Origin: Candidatus Nitrospira inopinata
Lineage (GTDB): Bacteria; Nitrospirota; Nitrospiria; Nitrospirales; Nitrospiraceae
DNA length: 32,000 nt
Direction: 5' to 3'
Assembly: GCF_001458695.1 (NCBI RefSeq)
Contig: NZ_LN885086.1
Span: 810,001 to 842,000, forward strand
Every line of letters begins with the position of its first letter. Positions within the stretch are counted from its first letter, which is position 1. Below the pieces are notes generated by a model. The model saw nothing but the letters and a program-made list of their open reading frames with translations, was not told the DNA's origin and searched no databases. The position numbers and the translations under genes were made by a program. Positions 18,340 to 26,370 of this stretch are shown here, piece by piece.

Positions 18340-19187
18340 GGAGGAAGGACTCCGTTTTGGCGCGCGATCAATTCCCAGGCTTCTTGGGCGGTTTCGGCAT
18401 AGTGAAACAACTGGAGATCGTGTTCGGCGATGAGACCGTTGTCGACGAGCCACCGCCAGTCGATTAACCGCTCCCAGAAGTCTCGCCCGACCAAGACGAC
18501 CATGACACGCTCGGTTTTGCCGGTCTGAAGCAGCGTCAGGGTTTCAAACAACTCATCGAGTGTGCCGAATCCTCCTGGGAACGCCACCAAGGCTTTGGCG
18601 CGCAAAAGGAAGTGCATTTTTCTGATGGCGAAGTATTTAAACTGAAAACTGAGATGAGGCGTAATGTAGGGATTCGGCCGTTGCTCGTGCGGCAGCGTGA
18701 TGTTTAAGCCGATCGATTTGGCGCACACGTCGGCGGCTCCTCGATTGGCGGCCTCCATGATTCCCGGCCCTCCGCCTGTGACGACCACATAGTCGCACCG
18801 CCCATCGATTTGACAGGTCGATGACACGATACGCCCGAATTCCCGGGCGATGTCGTAATACTTCGACAGGTCATACTGACGCTTCGCAATGGCGACTTTG
18901 CTCCGGGCTTGGGGATCATCCGGTGAACGAGCCAGTTCCTCCTCCGCCCGTTGAAGCGCCTCCCTCATGACGTTCGGTTCTTGGATCCGCGCGCTCCCGA
19001 AGACCACGATGGTTGAGCGCACGCCCTCTTCTCGCTGAATCAACTCGGCTTTCAAAAGCTCGAGGCCGATACGAATGGGGCGCAGTTCGTCTCGTCGAAG
19101 GAACTCCGTGTCTTCGAGGGCCGGAATGTAAGAGGACGAAAGCTCAGGCGGGCATGGCGTGTGTGCGTCGGGACTGTCCATCGACAT
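18336..19187 (-). CDS. LOG-family (TIGR00730-like) nucleotide phosphoribohydrolase, long form
   Basis: VVFGSARI, VVTGGGPGIMEAANRGA and FPGGFGTLDELFE are the LOG signatures. The start is ambiguous: ATG 19187, ATG 19181, or TTG 19211. Confidence 0.8.
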   Translation of the reverse strand: MSMDSPDAHTPCPPELSSSYIPALEDTEFLRRDELRPIRIGLELLKAELIQREEGVRSTIVVFGSARIQEPNVMREALQRAEEELARSPDDPQARSKVAIAKRQYDLSKYYDIAREFGRIVSSTCQIDGRCDYVVVTGGGPGIMEAANRGAADVCAKSIGLNITLPHEQRPNPYITPHLSFQFKYFAIRKMHFLLRAKALVAFPGGFGTLDELFETLTLLQTGKTERVMVVLVGRDFWERLIDWRWLVDNGLIAEHDLQLFHYAETAQEAWELIARQNGVLPP

Positions 19188-19233
19188 GGGCGCATTATAG
19201 CGGGGTGGCAAGTTCGCTGGAAACCATCAAATG

Positions 19234-19659
19234 CTAGAACGGCCAGAATTCGATGATCGCGTGCTCGTCCGCCTTTCCAAACGCATACGCGCGGACGGTA
19301 AGCCGCTTGTCGCAGAGAAACTGGACGTGTTCGATATTGATCCCCGTCCCGGACAGAGTGAATGTGGGCGAGACGGGGGAGATGAGTCGGAAGAGATAGC
19401 CAAGATTAAGCGAGGCGGAACGGGTGGTGCTCCATCGGAATTCGGCGATCAGTTGATCGGCCTCCATGGTAATGTCTTCGGGCGGGCCGAGACGCTCCAC
19501 CACCTGCTGAAGCGTCGTCTCTCCAAGGCGAATGAACCGCAACTGCTCGGCGGTAATCGGTTCGTTGAACTCCACTCGTCTGACCGCACAGCCGGACAGG
19601 AGCAGAATGAGAATGCCGAGGAGAGCCGCGTTCAGCAAGGATGAGGGACGCACGGTCAT
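19234..19659 (-). CDS. lipoprotein, paralog of the adjacent gene (BamE/SmpA_OmlA-like)
   Basis: Lipobox LLLSGC|A. The core NEPITAEQLRFIRLGETTLQQVVERLGPPEDI aligns with the neighbour. The start overlaps the upstream stop (ATGA at 19656-19659). Confidence 0.65.
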   Translation of the reverse strand: MTVRPSSLLNAALLGILILLLSGCAVRRVEFNEPITAEQLRFIRLGETTLQQVVERLGPPEDITMEADQLIAEFRWSTTRSASLNLGYLFRLISPVSPTFTLSGTGINIEHVQFLCDKRLTVRAYAFGKADEHAIIEFWPF

Positions 19660-20042
19660 GATCCCCAGGGGCGCAGGGAAAAATCCACCCGGTCGGTCCG
19701 CTTGCCGTAAATGACGTCTTGGACGATGCCTTGCTTGTCCAAGAAAATATAGAGGTTGTCGCTTTTCGCGTTTAATGTGAGCAGATTGAACACGAGTAAA
19801 ATCAAAGCCGGAGACTTTGCGTCATAGTAATAGTATTGAAAGATGTCCCGATCCTGCGCCTGGTTGATTCGATCGGGCGCTCCCAAGAGTTCGACCACTT
19901 GAGTGCGATGGGTGACTCCCTTTTCGATTCGCCGGAGGTTTTCTTCGTCAATGGGGTTTCCGATTCGCCCCCGACTGATGACGCAGCCTGAAAGGATCAA
20001 TGCGAGGGAGAGCAGCAGAATGCCGGTCCGTACGGCGATCAT
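19656..20042 (-). CDS. lipoprotein (BamE/SmpA_OmlA-like)
   Basis: Lipobox LILSGC|V. GNPIDEENLRRIEKGVTHRTQVVELLGAPDRI resembles the BamE G-x-T...V...LG-P motif. GGAGG SD precedes ATG 20042. Confidence 0.65.
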   Translation of the reverse strand: MIAVRTGILLLSLALILSGCVISRGRIGNPIDEENLRRIEKGVTHRTQVVELLGAPDRINQAQDRDIFQYYYYDAKSPALILLVFNLLTLNAKSDNLYIFLDKQGIVQDVIYGKRTDRVDFSLRPWGS

Positions 20043-20060
20043 ACAACCTCCATTTCCACG

Positions 20061-20570
20061 CTAAGTGCGGCGATGGTCTGTTGGAGACTCCAAAACAAAA
20101 TCCCGTTCATAGACGATATATCGCGTCGAGGATAGCCCCACGCGCCGATAGACGGTCCGGGCCGTCCGGTTATCGCGCGCCACATAGAGCCTGATTCCGC
20201 AGGTTGCGGGGTCGCGCCTTGCCCGTTCAAGCACATGGCGGTATAGCGCCCGATAGACCCCTTGTCGCCGCCACGCGGGATCGACATAGACGCTTTGCAC
20301 CCATAAAAATATCCCGTTGCGCCAGTCACTCCATTCATAGGTGAGCATCAGTTGCCCCACGATACGCCGCCTGCTCCCTTCCCGGGCTTCCGCGATTATA
20401 AACGATCCGAGCCGAGGGTCGGAAAGGACCGCGCGAATCCCTTTGTGTAGCCGTGTTTCATCGAGTCGCCTCCCCTCAGTTTCCCTCGCCATGGCAAGAC
20501 TCAAGGCGACGAGCGCGTTCGCGTCGCCTCGCTTCGCCGGTCGTATCCGTACCATTGGTGTCTTTTTCAT
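20061..20570 (-). CDS. GNAT-family N-acetyltransferase
   Basis: 169 aa. IRPAKRGDANALVAL... and the acetyl-CoA motif A-like block VYVDPAWRRQGVYRALYRHVLERAR. Confidence 0.85.
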   Translation of the reverse strand: MKKTPMVRIRPAKRGDANALVALSLAMARETEGRRLDETRLHKGIRAVLSDPRLGSFIIAEAREGSRRRIVGQLMLTYEWSDWRNGIFLWVQSVYVDPAWRRQGVYRALYRHVLERARRDPATCGIRLYVARDNRTARTVYRRVGLSSTRYIVYERDFVLESPTDHRRT

Positions 20571-21184
20571 GGATCAGGAGCGACGGTGCTCGAACGGCTA
20601 AGCCAGCCGCTCTTGGGCTGGTAAAAACCGGCGGAGAATTCCAATTTCATGGCGTCTTCCGGGGGGAGATTGATCGGCACAAGGTCCCGCTCCGGGATGA
20701 AGGCCAAATAGCCCGTAAAGGGATGGATCGCCGTCGGAACGAACACCATGAACAGCGTCGAAGAGGGAGGCTCAATTTGGAGAGGAGGCGGCGCCGTGCC
20801 CATGACAAATCCGAGCGCCCACAGTCCGTTGCGGGGAAACGGAAACGCGACGACCTTGCTGTGCCCAAACCGGGATCTGAAATTCAGGACATCCGTCATT
20901 CCTTTCAGCGTCAGATAGATGGTCTGCACCAGGGGAATTTGTTCAAGCCGTTGCTCAAGCCGTTCGAGGAGGTTTTTCCCAATAATATGGTCTGCTAAGA
21001 TACCGGCCAGGATGACGATCATCACTAACAGTAACAATCCAATGCCCGGTATTGGATCAGTCATATGGCTTCCGACGACGCCATCGAGAGCGTTAAAGAG
21101 CGTCAAGAGAATTAAAATGGTGGCCCACGTTGGAACGAGGAGCACCAACCCCGCGAGAAAGGTCTTTGAGAGAGAATTGATCAT
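20567..21184 (-). CDS. DUF502-family membrane protein
   Basis: Trimmed to ATG 21184; the listed 21229 start is TTG. It has two N-terminal TM helices, then RLEQIPLVQTIY and a C-terminal FVPTAIHPFTGYLAFIPERDLVPINLPPEDAMKLEFSAG block that I associate with DUF502. Its stop overlaps the GNAT start (ATGA). Confidence 0.75.
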   Translation of the reverse strand: MINSLSKTFLAGLVLLVPTWATILILLTLFNALDGVVGSHMTDPIPGIGLLLLVMIVILAGILADHIIGKNLLERLEQRLEQIPLVQTIYLTLKGMTDVLNFRSRFGHSKVVAFPFPRNGLWALGFVMGTAPPPLQIEPPSSTLFMVFVPTAIHPFTGYLAFIPERDLVPINLPPEDAMKLEFSAGFYQPKSGWLSRSSTVAPDP

Positions 21185-21342
21185 GGAAGAAATAGCCGTT
21201 TTCCTCAGGGGGCCATTGCAGTCTAGCAAAATTTCTTTGCGGAAAGAAAACCGGCTTGTGTTTTCAACTCCGCCCGGAGGAAGATATTTTCATCGTGGCG
21301 ATAGAGCTTCGTCTTATCCTGAAGAAGAAGGGGACCGGAACC

Positions 21343-21603
21343 ATGTCGATCGATCCTGAACTACTCTCGATACTCTGCTGCCCGGAAACCAAGCAAGCCG
21401 TGAAGTTGGCGGATGACACGTTGCTCTCAACGGTGAACGATCAGATTCGGAGAGGCAACGTCAGGAACCGGGGAGAGACGGTCGTAGCGGAAACCTTAAC
21501 CGGTGGGCTTCTCCGGGCCGACGGGAAGATCCTCTATCCTATTGTTGACGACATCCCGGTGATGTTGATTGAAGAAGGAATCCCCATCGACCGTTATACC
21601 TGA
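21343..21603 (+). CDS. Trm112/UPF0434-family small protein
   Basis: Trimmed to ATG 21343. MSIDPELLSILCCPETKQAV...LYPIVDDIPVMLIEEG is the Trm112-like signature. Confidence 0.8.
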   Translation: MSIDPELLSILCCPETKQAVKLADDTLLSTVNDQIRRGNVRNRGETVVAETLTGGLLRADGKILYPIVDDIPVMLIEEGIPIDRYT

Positions 21604-21894
21604 TCCTTGTTATTCATGCCGACAACGTTTCCGCTTAACACTCTATCCAGCGGAAAATGAACAGGGACCGACGTCGGGGGAAATTCTATCTGCACGCCAT
21701 TTCCTCGGAACATAGCCGATTGATACGGAAGTCCTTCCGCAGCAGGAAATTGCGCCTTATACCGTCGCGTCATGGCTCATTCCTCTTTGTGCGGAGCGAT
21801 ACCCGGCTTTCACCCAACGTATCTTGGCAAAAGGGGTCGATCGCCCATGTGCGGGATTATGTCACCGAGACAAGCAGAGGACGGTTCTTTTCGA

Positions 21895-22182
21895 TCATGG
21901 ATGTATGATCGTCACACTGTCGAGGGGATTTTCCGTTTTCGAACCCGTTGAGGTGCCGCAATAGGCGCAGAGGTATTCATAAAGGATTCCGCTCGGCAAG
22001 ATCAGCAGCAATCGCTCGCGCGTTGGAGTCGCCTTCTGGCAACGAGGGCAGTACAGAAGGGACGCATTTAGCGAGCGAAATTGGTTCTGTGGTGCTTGTT
22101 CCGGCGATCTCGCGGCCGATCCGTACGAGTGCCGGCTCCCCTGCTGCGCGGAGTTTGACGAAGAGCGAGAAACCCATCCCAT
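21895..22182 (-). CDS. hypothetical small protein with a zinc-ribbon-like CxxC...CxxC pair
   Basis: 95 aa. The N-terminal half is disordered and Ser/Gln-rich, followed by YCPRCQKATPTRERLLLILPSGILYEYLCAYCG. No SD was found, but a TATAAT lies just upstream (see the promoter feature). Confidence 0.35.
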   Translation of the reverse strand: MGWVSRSSSNSAQQGSRHSYGSAARSPEQAPQNQFRSLNASLLYCPRCQKATPTRERLLLILPSGILYEYLCAYCGTSTGSKTENPLDSVTIIHP

Positions 22183-22187
22183 ATTTC

Positions 22188-22217
22188 ATTATAGGAATCA
22201 AATCAAAAGAAGATCAA
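22188..22217 (-). promoter_or_regulatory. candidate sigma70 promoter giving a leaderless transcript
   Basis: On the minus strand: TTGATC (22217-22212), an 18-nt spacer, then TATAAT (22193-22188). The -10 box ends 5 nt before ATG 22182. Confidence 0.3.
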
Positions 22218-22478
22218 GTTTAGCCAAGTGAAAGGCGTTTTTACTCGAGAAGGGAATGAAGCCATACAACTCGCAGCACCCATGATGCCGAAGTTGCTTG
22301 TTAATGAACGGCAATTCTCGCTTTGAGAAGTTCGGACCCCCCTGCAGGAGGAAGGTCGTCTGGAAAACGTCTCAACTACACGGTGAGGTTCCGTCTACTT
22401 GTCCACTGAGGGGAACCTCGCGTTCGAGGAGCCGCCTGAAGGACGGTTTGCAGCAGATAGAGAGCGAGCTTCGTGATG

Positions 22479-22847
22479 CTAGACGGCTGTTTTGGCGGAC
22501 TCGATCTCAGTCGCGGTAATCAGACTTGCCAGATAATCAGCGACAAAGTTCAACGCTTCCTCTCGACCATCGGCCCTTCTGCCCTTTTCACGCCGTTGCA
22601 CAGAAAGTTCGTGTTCGAGATCAGACTTCACCTCCGCCAACACTCTTTGAAGCGAAGAAGGACTCAGGTTGGCATCCATTTCTTCAAGCTCTTGACACCG
22701 ATCAAGAACCCAATTCAACCCCTCGATTCTGCCGGCATAGTGATCTTGTTCCGCCGTATCAATGCGCGCCATGGCGGTGGCGAACGTTTGCGCCTCGTAA
22801 ATGAGGTTATAAAAGCTGGTTACCGCGCGTTGCAAGGAATGATTCAT
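22479..22847 (-). CDS. hypothetical all-helical protein (122 aa)
   Basis: Trimmed to ATG 22847, which has AAGGAG about 11 nt upstream. The charged, coiled-coil-like sequence has no recognised family. Confidence 0.5.
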   Translation of the reverse strand: MNHSLQRAVTSFYNLIYEAQTFATAMARIDTAEQDHYAGRIEGLNWVLDRCQELEEMDANLSPSSLQRVLAEVKSDLEHELSVQRREKGRRADGREEALNFVADYLASLITATEIESAKTAV

Positions 22848-22915
22848 TGTACGATTGGCTCCTTTTTGTAGATTATACACGAGAACAGGTGGCCGACAAA
22901 TAGTATTTTGTCTGG

Positions 22916-23245
22916 TTACGTAAAGAGGAGCGAGTGAAATTCGTTCATGAATCCGTAGTACAGAGGGGCAAAATCTTTTAAGCAATCGGGGCTGGTTTCC
23001 TTGAGTCGCTTGAAGAAAAACACCTGACTTCTGGGGTCTAACTGCTCGAGAAGCTGGCTAAGCTGGGCCATCGTGTAACTTCCGGACGGCACGCTCAAGA
23101 CATAATGCACAAGGCGTTCGACAAATTGCTGGGCGATATATTCGCTGCTGAGATAGCCCTCCGGCAACTTACCTGATGCCAAGAACTCATGAAAGGGGAT
23201 CGCCTGCGCGGCGAACGGAACGGTTTCATCGAGTGGTGAATTCAC
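22916..23245 (-). CDS. hypothetical helical protein (109 aa)
   Basis: The start is placed at GTG 23245, with GAAGGTG about 8 nt upstream; the listed 23278 start is TTG. No family was recognised. Confidence 0.45.
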   Translation of the reverse strand: MNSPLDETVPFAAQAIPFHEFLASGKLPEGYLSSEYIAQQFVERLVHYVLSVPSGSYTMAQLSQLLEQLDPRSQVFFFKRLKETSPDCLKDFAPLYYGFMNEFHSLLFT

Positions 23246-23439
23246 GTTTCTACACCTTCTTTCATTTATTTTTATCAACTCTACTCAAGCCCCTACATGC
23301 CGTCAAGTGAGCGTGTTGGCCTATATCCATGGTATTTGGAATGGCTTTAGGGGAGCCATTCGTCGGGATCATTGGGGCGAAAGGCTGAGCGAGCATCAGG
23401 TTACTTTGGCCGGTCGAAATGATACGGACGTTGCGTCAA

Positions 23440-23760
23440 TCGCATATCTTAGTTTAAGCGATTGGCCGCAGTTCGCGCAGAGCTCCAGCTCCATGGCGGT
23501 CTGCACGCATCCCAGGATCTGCTTCTCGCCCCATCCTCCCGCGTCACCCCCAGCGCGACGACCACGCTATTTTCGGCGAAGGTTTTGCCGTTGAGAAGCA
23601 CAACGCACTCCTCGGTGCCCAACCGGCACTCGCTTAGCGTTCGCACCTGCCGGGCGCTGGCCTGAATGCCTCAGGGAACGCTTCCGCACAGGCTTCGACC
23701 GGTGGCAATTTAGCCCCTGCAGATATTACGGAACAGCCCCGAATCGGCAGCCCATGGTGC
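23440..23760 (-). pseudogene. fragment of a mutator/IS256-superfamily transposase
   Basis: Across two frames, the minus strand reads ...VRTLSECRLGTEECVVLLNGKTFAENSVVVALGVTREDG / GEKQILGCVQTA.... This resembles the DG-x-x-F...VVALG(I/V)...G-x-K-x-(I/V)LG core of one mutator-type transposase subgroup as I remember it. There is no start, no stop, and a frame break. Confidence 0.4.
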
Positions 23761-24668
23761 GCCCACGGTCCGGCAGGTCGGCAACGGGATATTTACGTTT
23801 CGGAGCCGATGCCGGACGCGCAGGTAGGCGATCGGTCATTCTGATCCTGATTGAGCCGATCGACCGAACCGCTCTACCGGCACCAGCCCATGTATCTGGG
23901 CTGACTGCTGGTCCGGCTATCCCGTTCGCGCGCCAGGTCGCCCACCTCCGCCTCCAGGCCATCTCCGACGGCTGGCAAGCCCCGCGGAATCAGGGCTTGA
24001 ATGAAGAGCCTGAGGCTCGCAGGTCTTCCACCGCCGGAAGACTGTCCATGGCCCGCGCACGAACTGGACGGCTCTTGCCTTGGTTGTCAATGCAGCCGAT
24101 CTGCTCAATGATCCGGCGAGCACGACATTCCCCTGAACCGCGTCCATCTTTTCTTCAGCTTCTTTCCAATTCCCGTCTCCGGAGGCGAATACGGCGCCCC
24201 GGTTCGCTCCCGTCATAATATTGCTTCTTATTGGCACAGGCTCCGCCGCATGGACTGATGGTTTTGAAATCCCATCAAATCGCGACGGCAATCGGACAAG
24301 CCAGAGCCTTTACCGCTCAGGCTGATGACCCGTCTGCGATTCAGCATCATCCAGATGACATACTGCAGCTCTTGGGTGCGAGAACGCGAGGAGCCTTCAG
24401 TTTCTACACAAGGTTGACGAGCGCGTCCGGCATGACGACGCGCCATGCGCACGGCATCATCGCGCTGCCGCTGTAGGGCAATGTTCTTGACCGCGAGGTT
24501 CCGTGATCTCGGCGTACGATCGTTTGGTGACCTGACTTGGTGACTTGATCGTCGGAATCGGATTGGGATCGCTCTATGGATTCGCCATGCGTTTGCTGAA
24601 TCAGGCCAGTTCACAGCGCCATCATCTCCGCCAGTCTGCCATTTTTGTTATCAAGCTAGAGGTATAAA
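23760..24668 (-). pseudogene. heavily decayed IS3-family orfB (integrase-core) remnant
   Basis: Scattered across frames: SYAEITE..., AVRMARRHAGRAR (compare RVxRLMRxxGLxAR), MMLNRR, and ALHSSPDSAGLAS (compare HSDxGSxxxS). It is positioned exactly where the orfB of the IS3 element interrupted at 26020 should resume. Boundaries are approximate. Confidence 0.35.
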
Positions 24669-24689
24669 CAGAAGGTGTGGAAATAGGAA
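24669..24689 (+). repeat. left inverted repeat of the IS256-family element
   Basis: CAGAAGGTGTGGAAATAGGAA. The reverse complement of the right end is CAATAGGTGTGGAAATGGAA. The two share a 12-nt identical core, AGGTGTGGAAAT. Confidence 0.75.
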
Positions 24690-24799
24690 AAGGGCGGTGG
24701 CAACCTTTCGGGTGACCAAACCCAGCCGGAGGTATTTCGGCCCAAAAAGGAGGCCCCGCCAGGAACGAGCAGAGCAGAGGGACCGGAGTCGAGTCAAGG

Positions 24800-25999
24800 A
24801 ATCTATGGAACCATCTGGAGGAGTTTGTACGCGGCCACATCCAGAATTCGTGCAGCGGCTGTTAGGGGACGAAGTCACGATGCGGCTGGGCCGGGCGAAG
24901 TCGGCGGGCGGACCGCCGTGGATGCGCCGGAGGGGTCTCGCAATGGATATGGCACGCCGCGGAAGCTGACCCTGACATGCGGCACGATCACCGTGCAGCG
25001 ACCGCGGGTGCGTGGGCTGGTGCAGCGGTTCGTCAGTCGCCTCCTGCCGTTGTTCAAGCGCCGGACCAAGCAGGGGGGAACTACTCCCCCAGTTGTATCT
25101 GCACGGATTGGCGCTCGGCGATTTCGAGCTCGCGCTCCGGGGGCTGTTGGGCGAGGGAGCGCCGGTGTCGCCGGCCGCGCTCCACCGGCTCAAGGCCCAG
25201 TGGCAGCATGAGTATGAGGCCTGGAAGCGGCGACGGCTCGATGAGCTGGAGGTCGTCTACGTGTGGGCCGATGGGCTGTCTGTCAAAGCCGGCCTGGAAG
25301 CCGGCAAGGCGGCGCTCCTCGTCGTGATCGGGGCGCTCACGGATGGACGCAAGGTGGTCTTGGCCGTGGAAAGCGGCCAGCGCAAATCGAAGGAGTCCTG
25401 GGGCGCGGTGCTGCGAGATTTGCGGACGCGGGGGCTGAAGCCTTGGCGCTGCACGATCGCCGATGGCCATCTGGGGATCTGGGCAGCCTTAGCCGAGCAA
25501 CAGCCAAGCGCCGCCGAGCAGCGCTGCTGGAACCATCGGATCCTCAACGTGCTGGATGCCATCCCCAAGAAACACCAGACAGAGGCGAGCACCTTGTTGA
25601 AGGCCATGCCGTATGCGGAGGCCCACGTGGAGTGCGAACGGCTGCGGGACCAGTTCAGCCGCCAATACCGCACGCTGGCTTCGAAGGCCGTAGAACGCTC
25701 ATACGCTGCGGGGAGCGGCTCGTCACGTTTTATCAGTTCCCGAAGGAGCACTGGCGCCATCTGCGCACGACGAACGTCGTCGAGTCGCCCTTCGCCGCCG
25801 TGCGGCTGCGGACGACGGCGGGCAAGGGTACAAACGCGTGGATTCGGCCACGGCCTTGATCTGGAAAGTCCTGCAGGTCGCGGAGCAGACCGTTCGACGT
25901 TTGAATGCGCCCAAATTGCTCCCGGCCGTGTATGCCGACACGCAGTATGTGGATGGAGTCCAGAGCCGTCACGTCATTCGGCAGGAGGTCGCTGCCTGA
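24800..25999 (+). pseudogene. IS256-family (mutator-type) transposase with multiple frameshifts
   Basis: Stitched across three frames: LWNHLEEFVRGHIQ / EFVQRLLGDEVTMRLGRAKS / VDAPEGSRNGYGTPRKLTLTCGTITVQRPRVRGLVQRFVSRLLPLFKRRTKQ / ELLPQLYLHGLALGDFELALRGLLGEG...VYVWADGLSVKAGLE...LLVVIGALTDGRKVVLAVESGQRKSKESWGAVLRDLRTRGL...IADGHLGIWAAL...EQRCWNHRILNVLDAIPKK... / GERLVTFYQFPKEHWRHLRTTNVVESPFAAVRLRTTAGK / YKRVDSATALIWKVLQVAEQTVRRLNAPKLL.... Breaks lie near 24845, 24900-24920, 25073-25078 (a G6 run), about 25700 and about 25825. Confidence 0.85.
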
Positions 26000-26019
26000 T
26001 TCCATTTCCACACCTATTG
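26000..26019 (+). repeat. right inverted repeat of the IS256-family element
   Basis: TTCCATTTCCACACCTATTG, beginning 1 nt after the transposase stop codon (25997-25999). Confidence 0.75.
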
Positions 26020-26050
26020 ACAAGACCTCCCCGTTGGATCATCCGAACCT

Positions 26051-26339
26051 TCATGCCGCCGCGCTCGTGAAGAACGGTGCCGCTTGTCGCAAAAAATCCC
26101 GCTCCGGGGTGACCCAAGCCAACTCGCCACGGAGCCGGCTCACTTCTTCATCCCGGGATCGCCCGTAGCCCAGAAAGGCCTGCCCGGGGTGACGGCGTCG
26201 CTCGCGGCGCCCGCGCCCCAGCACATTGGCCCCCATCCCGAGTTCGGCTACGATGGGGCTCACCGTCATCCCCCGGTGTGTCCAACATCACAACGACCTC
26301 CTGTTGGTCCTCGGCTGAAAACTTCCGTCGTGCTCCCAT
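26051..26339 (-). pseudogene. IS3-family orfA (HTH transposase subunit) with one frameshift
   Basis: MGARRKFSAEDQQEVVVMLDTPG / MTVSPIVAELGMGANVLGR...AFLGYGRSRDEEVSRLRGELAWVTPERDFLRQAAPFFTS follows the IS3/IS911 OrfA pattern (RRxFSxExKxxxV...ELG...RLRxExxxLxxERDxLKKAxAFF). The frame break is near 26270. Confidence 0.7.
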
Positions 26340-26370
26340 GACACCCCTCCTGGCTCATCATGAGCCGTAG

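Larger units (their letters stand above)
24669..26019 (+). mobile_element. IS256-family insertion sequence, about 1.35 kb, non-functional
   Basis: Terminal inverted repeats are visible (see the repeat features). They enclose a single transposase reading frame that is broken at least five times. The size is typical for IS256. Confidence 0.8.

Noticed and set aside
21657-21908. 83-aa plus-strand ORF after the Trm112-like gene.
   Set aside because: It is Arg/Ser-rich with no SD, and it overlaps the 3' end of the opposite-strand zinc-ribbon ORF. There is no family resemblance, so the region is treated as non-coding.
24661-26027. Target-site duplication flanking the IS256-family element.
   Set aside because: The 8-nt flanks (ggtataaa / acaagacc) do not match, so no duplication can be claimed. 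The ends may be imprecise or the flanks may have decayed.
25012-26070. 352-aa ORF that looks like an intact gene.
   Set aside because: Only about the first 225 residues read as IS256-type transposase. After about nt 25700 the true transposase sequence continues in other frames (LVTFYQFPKEHW..., then ATALIWKVL...), and this frame becomes Arg/Ser/Pro-rich nonsense. It is therefore a chimera of pseudogene frames and is annotated as a pseudogene.
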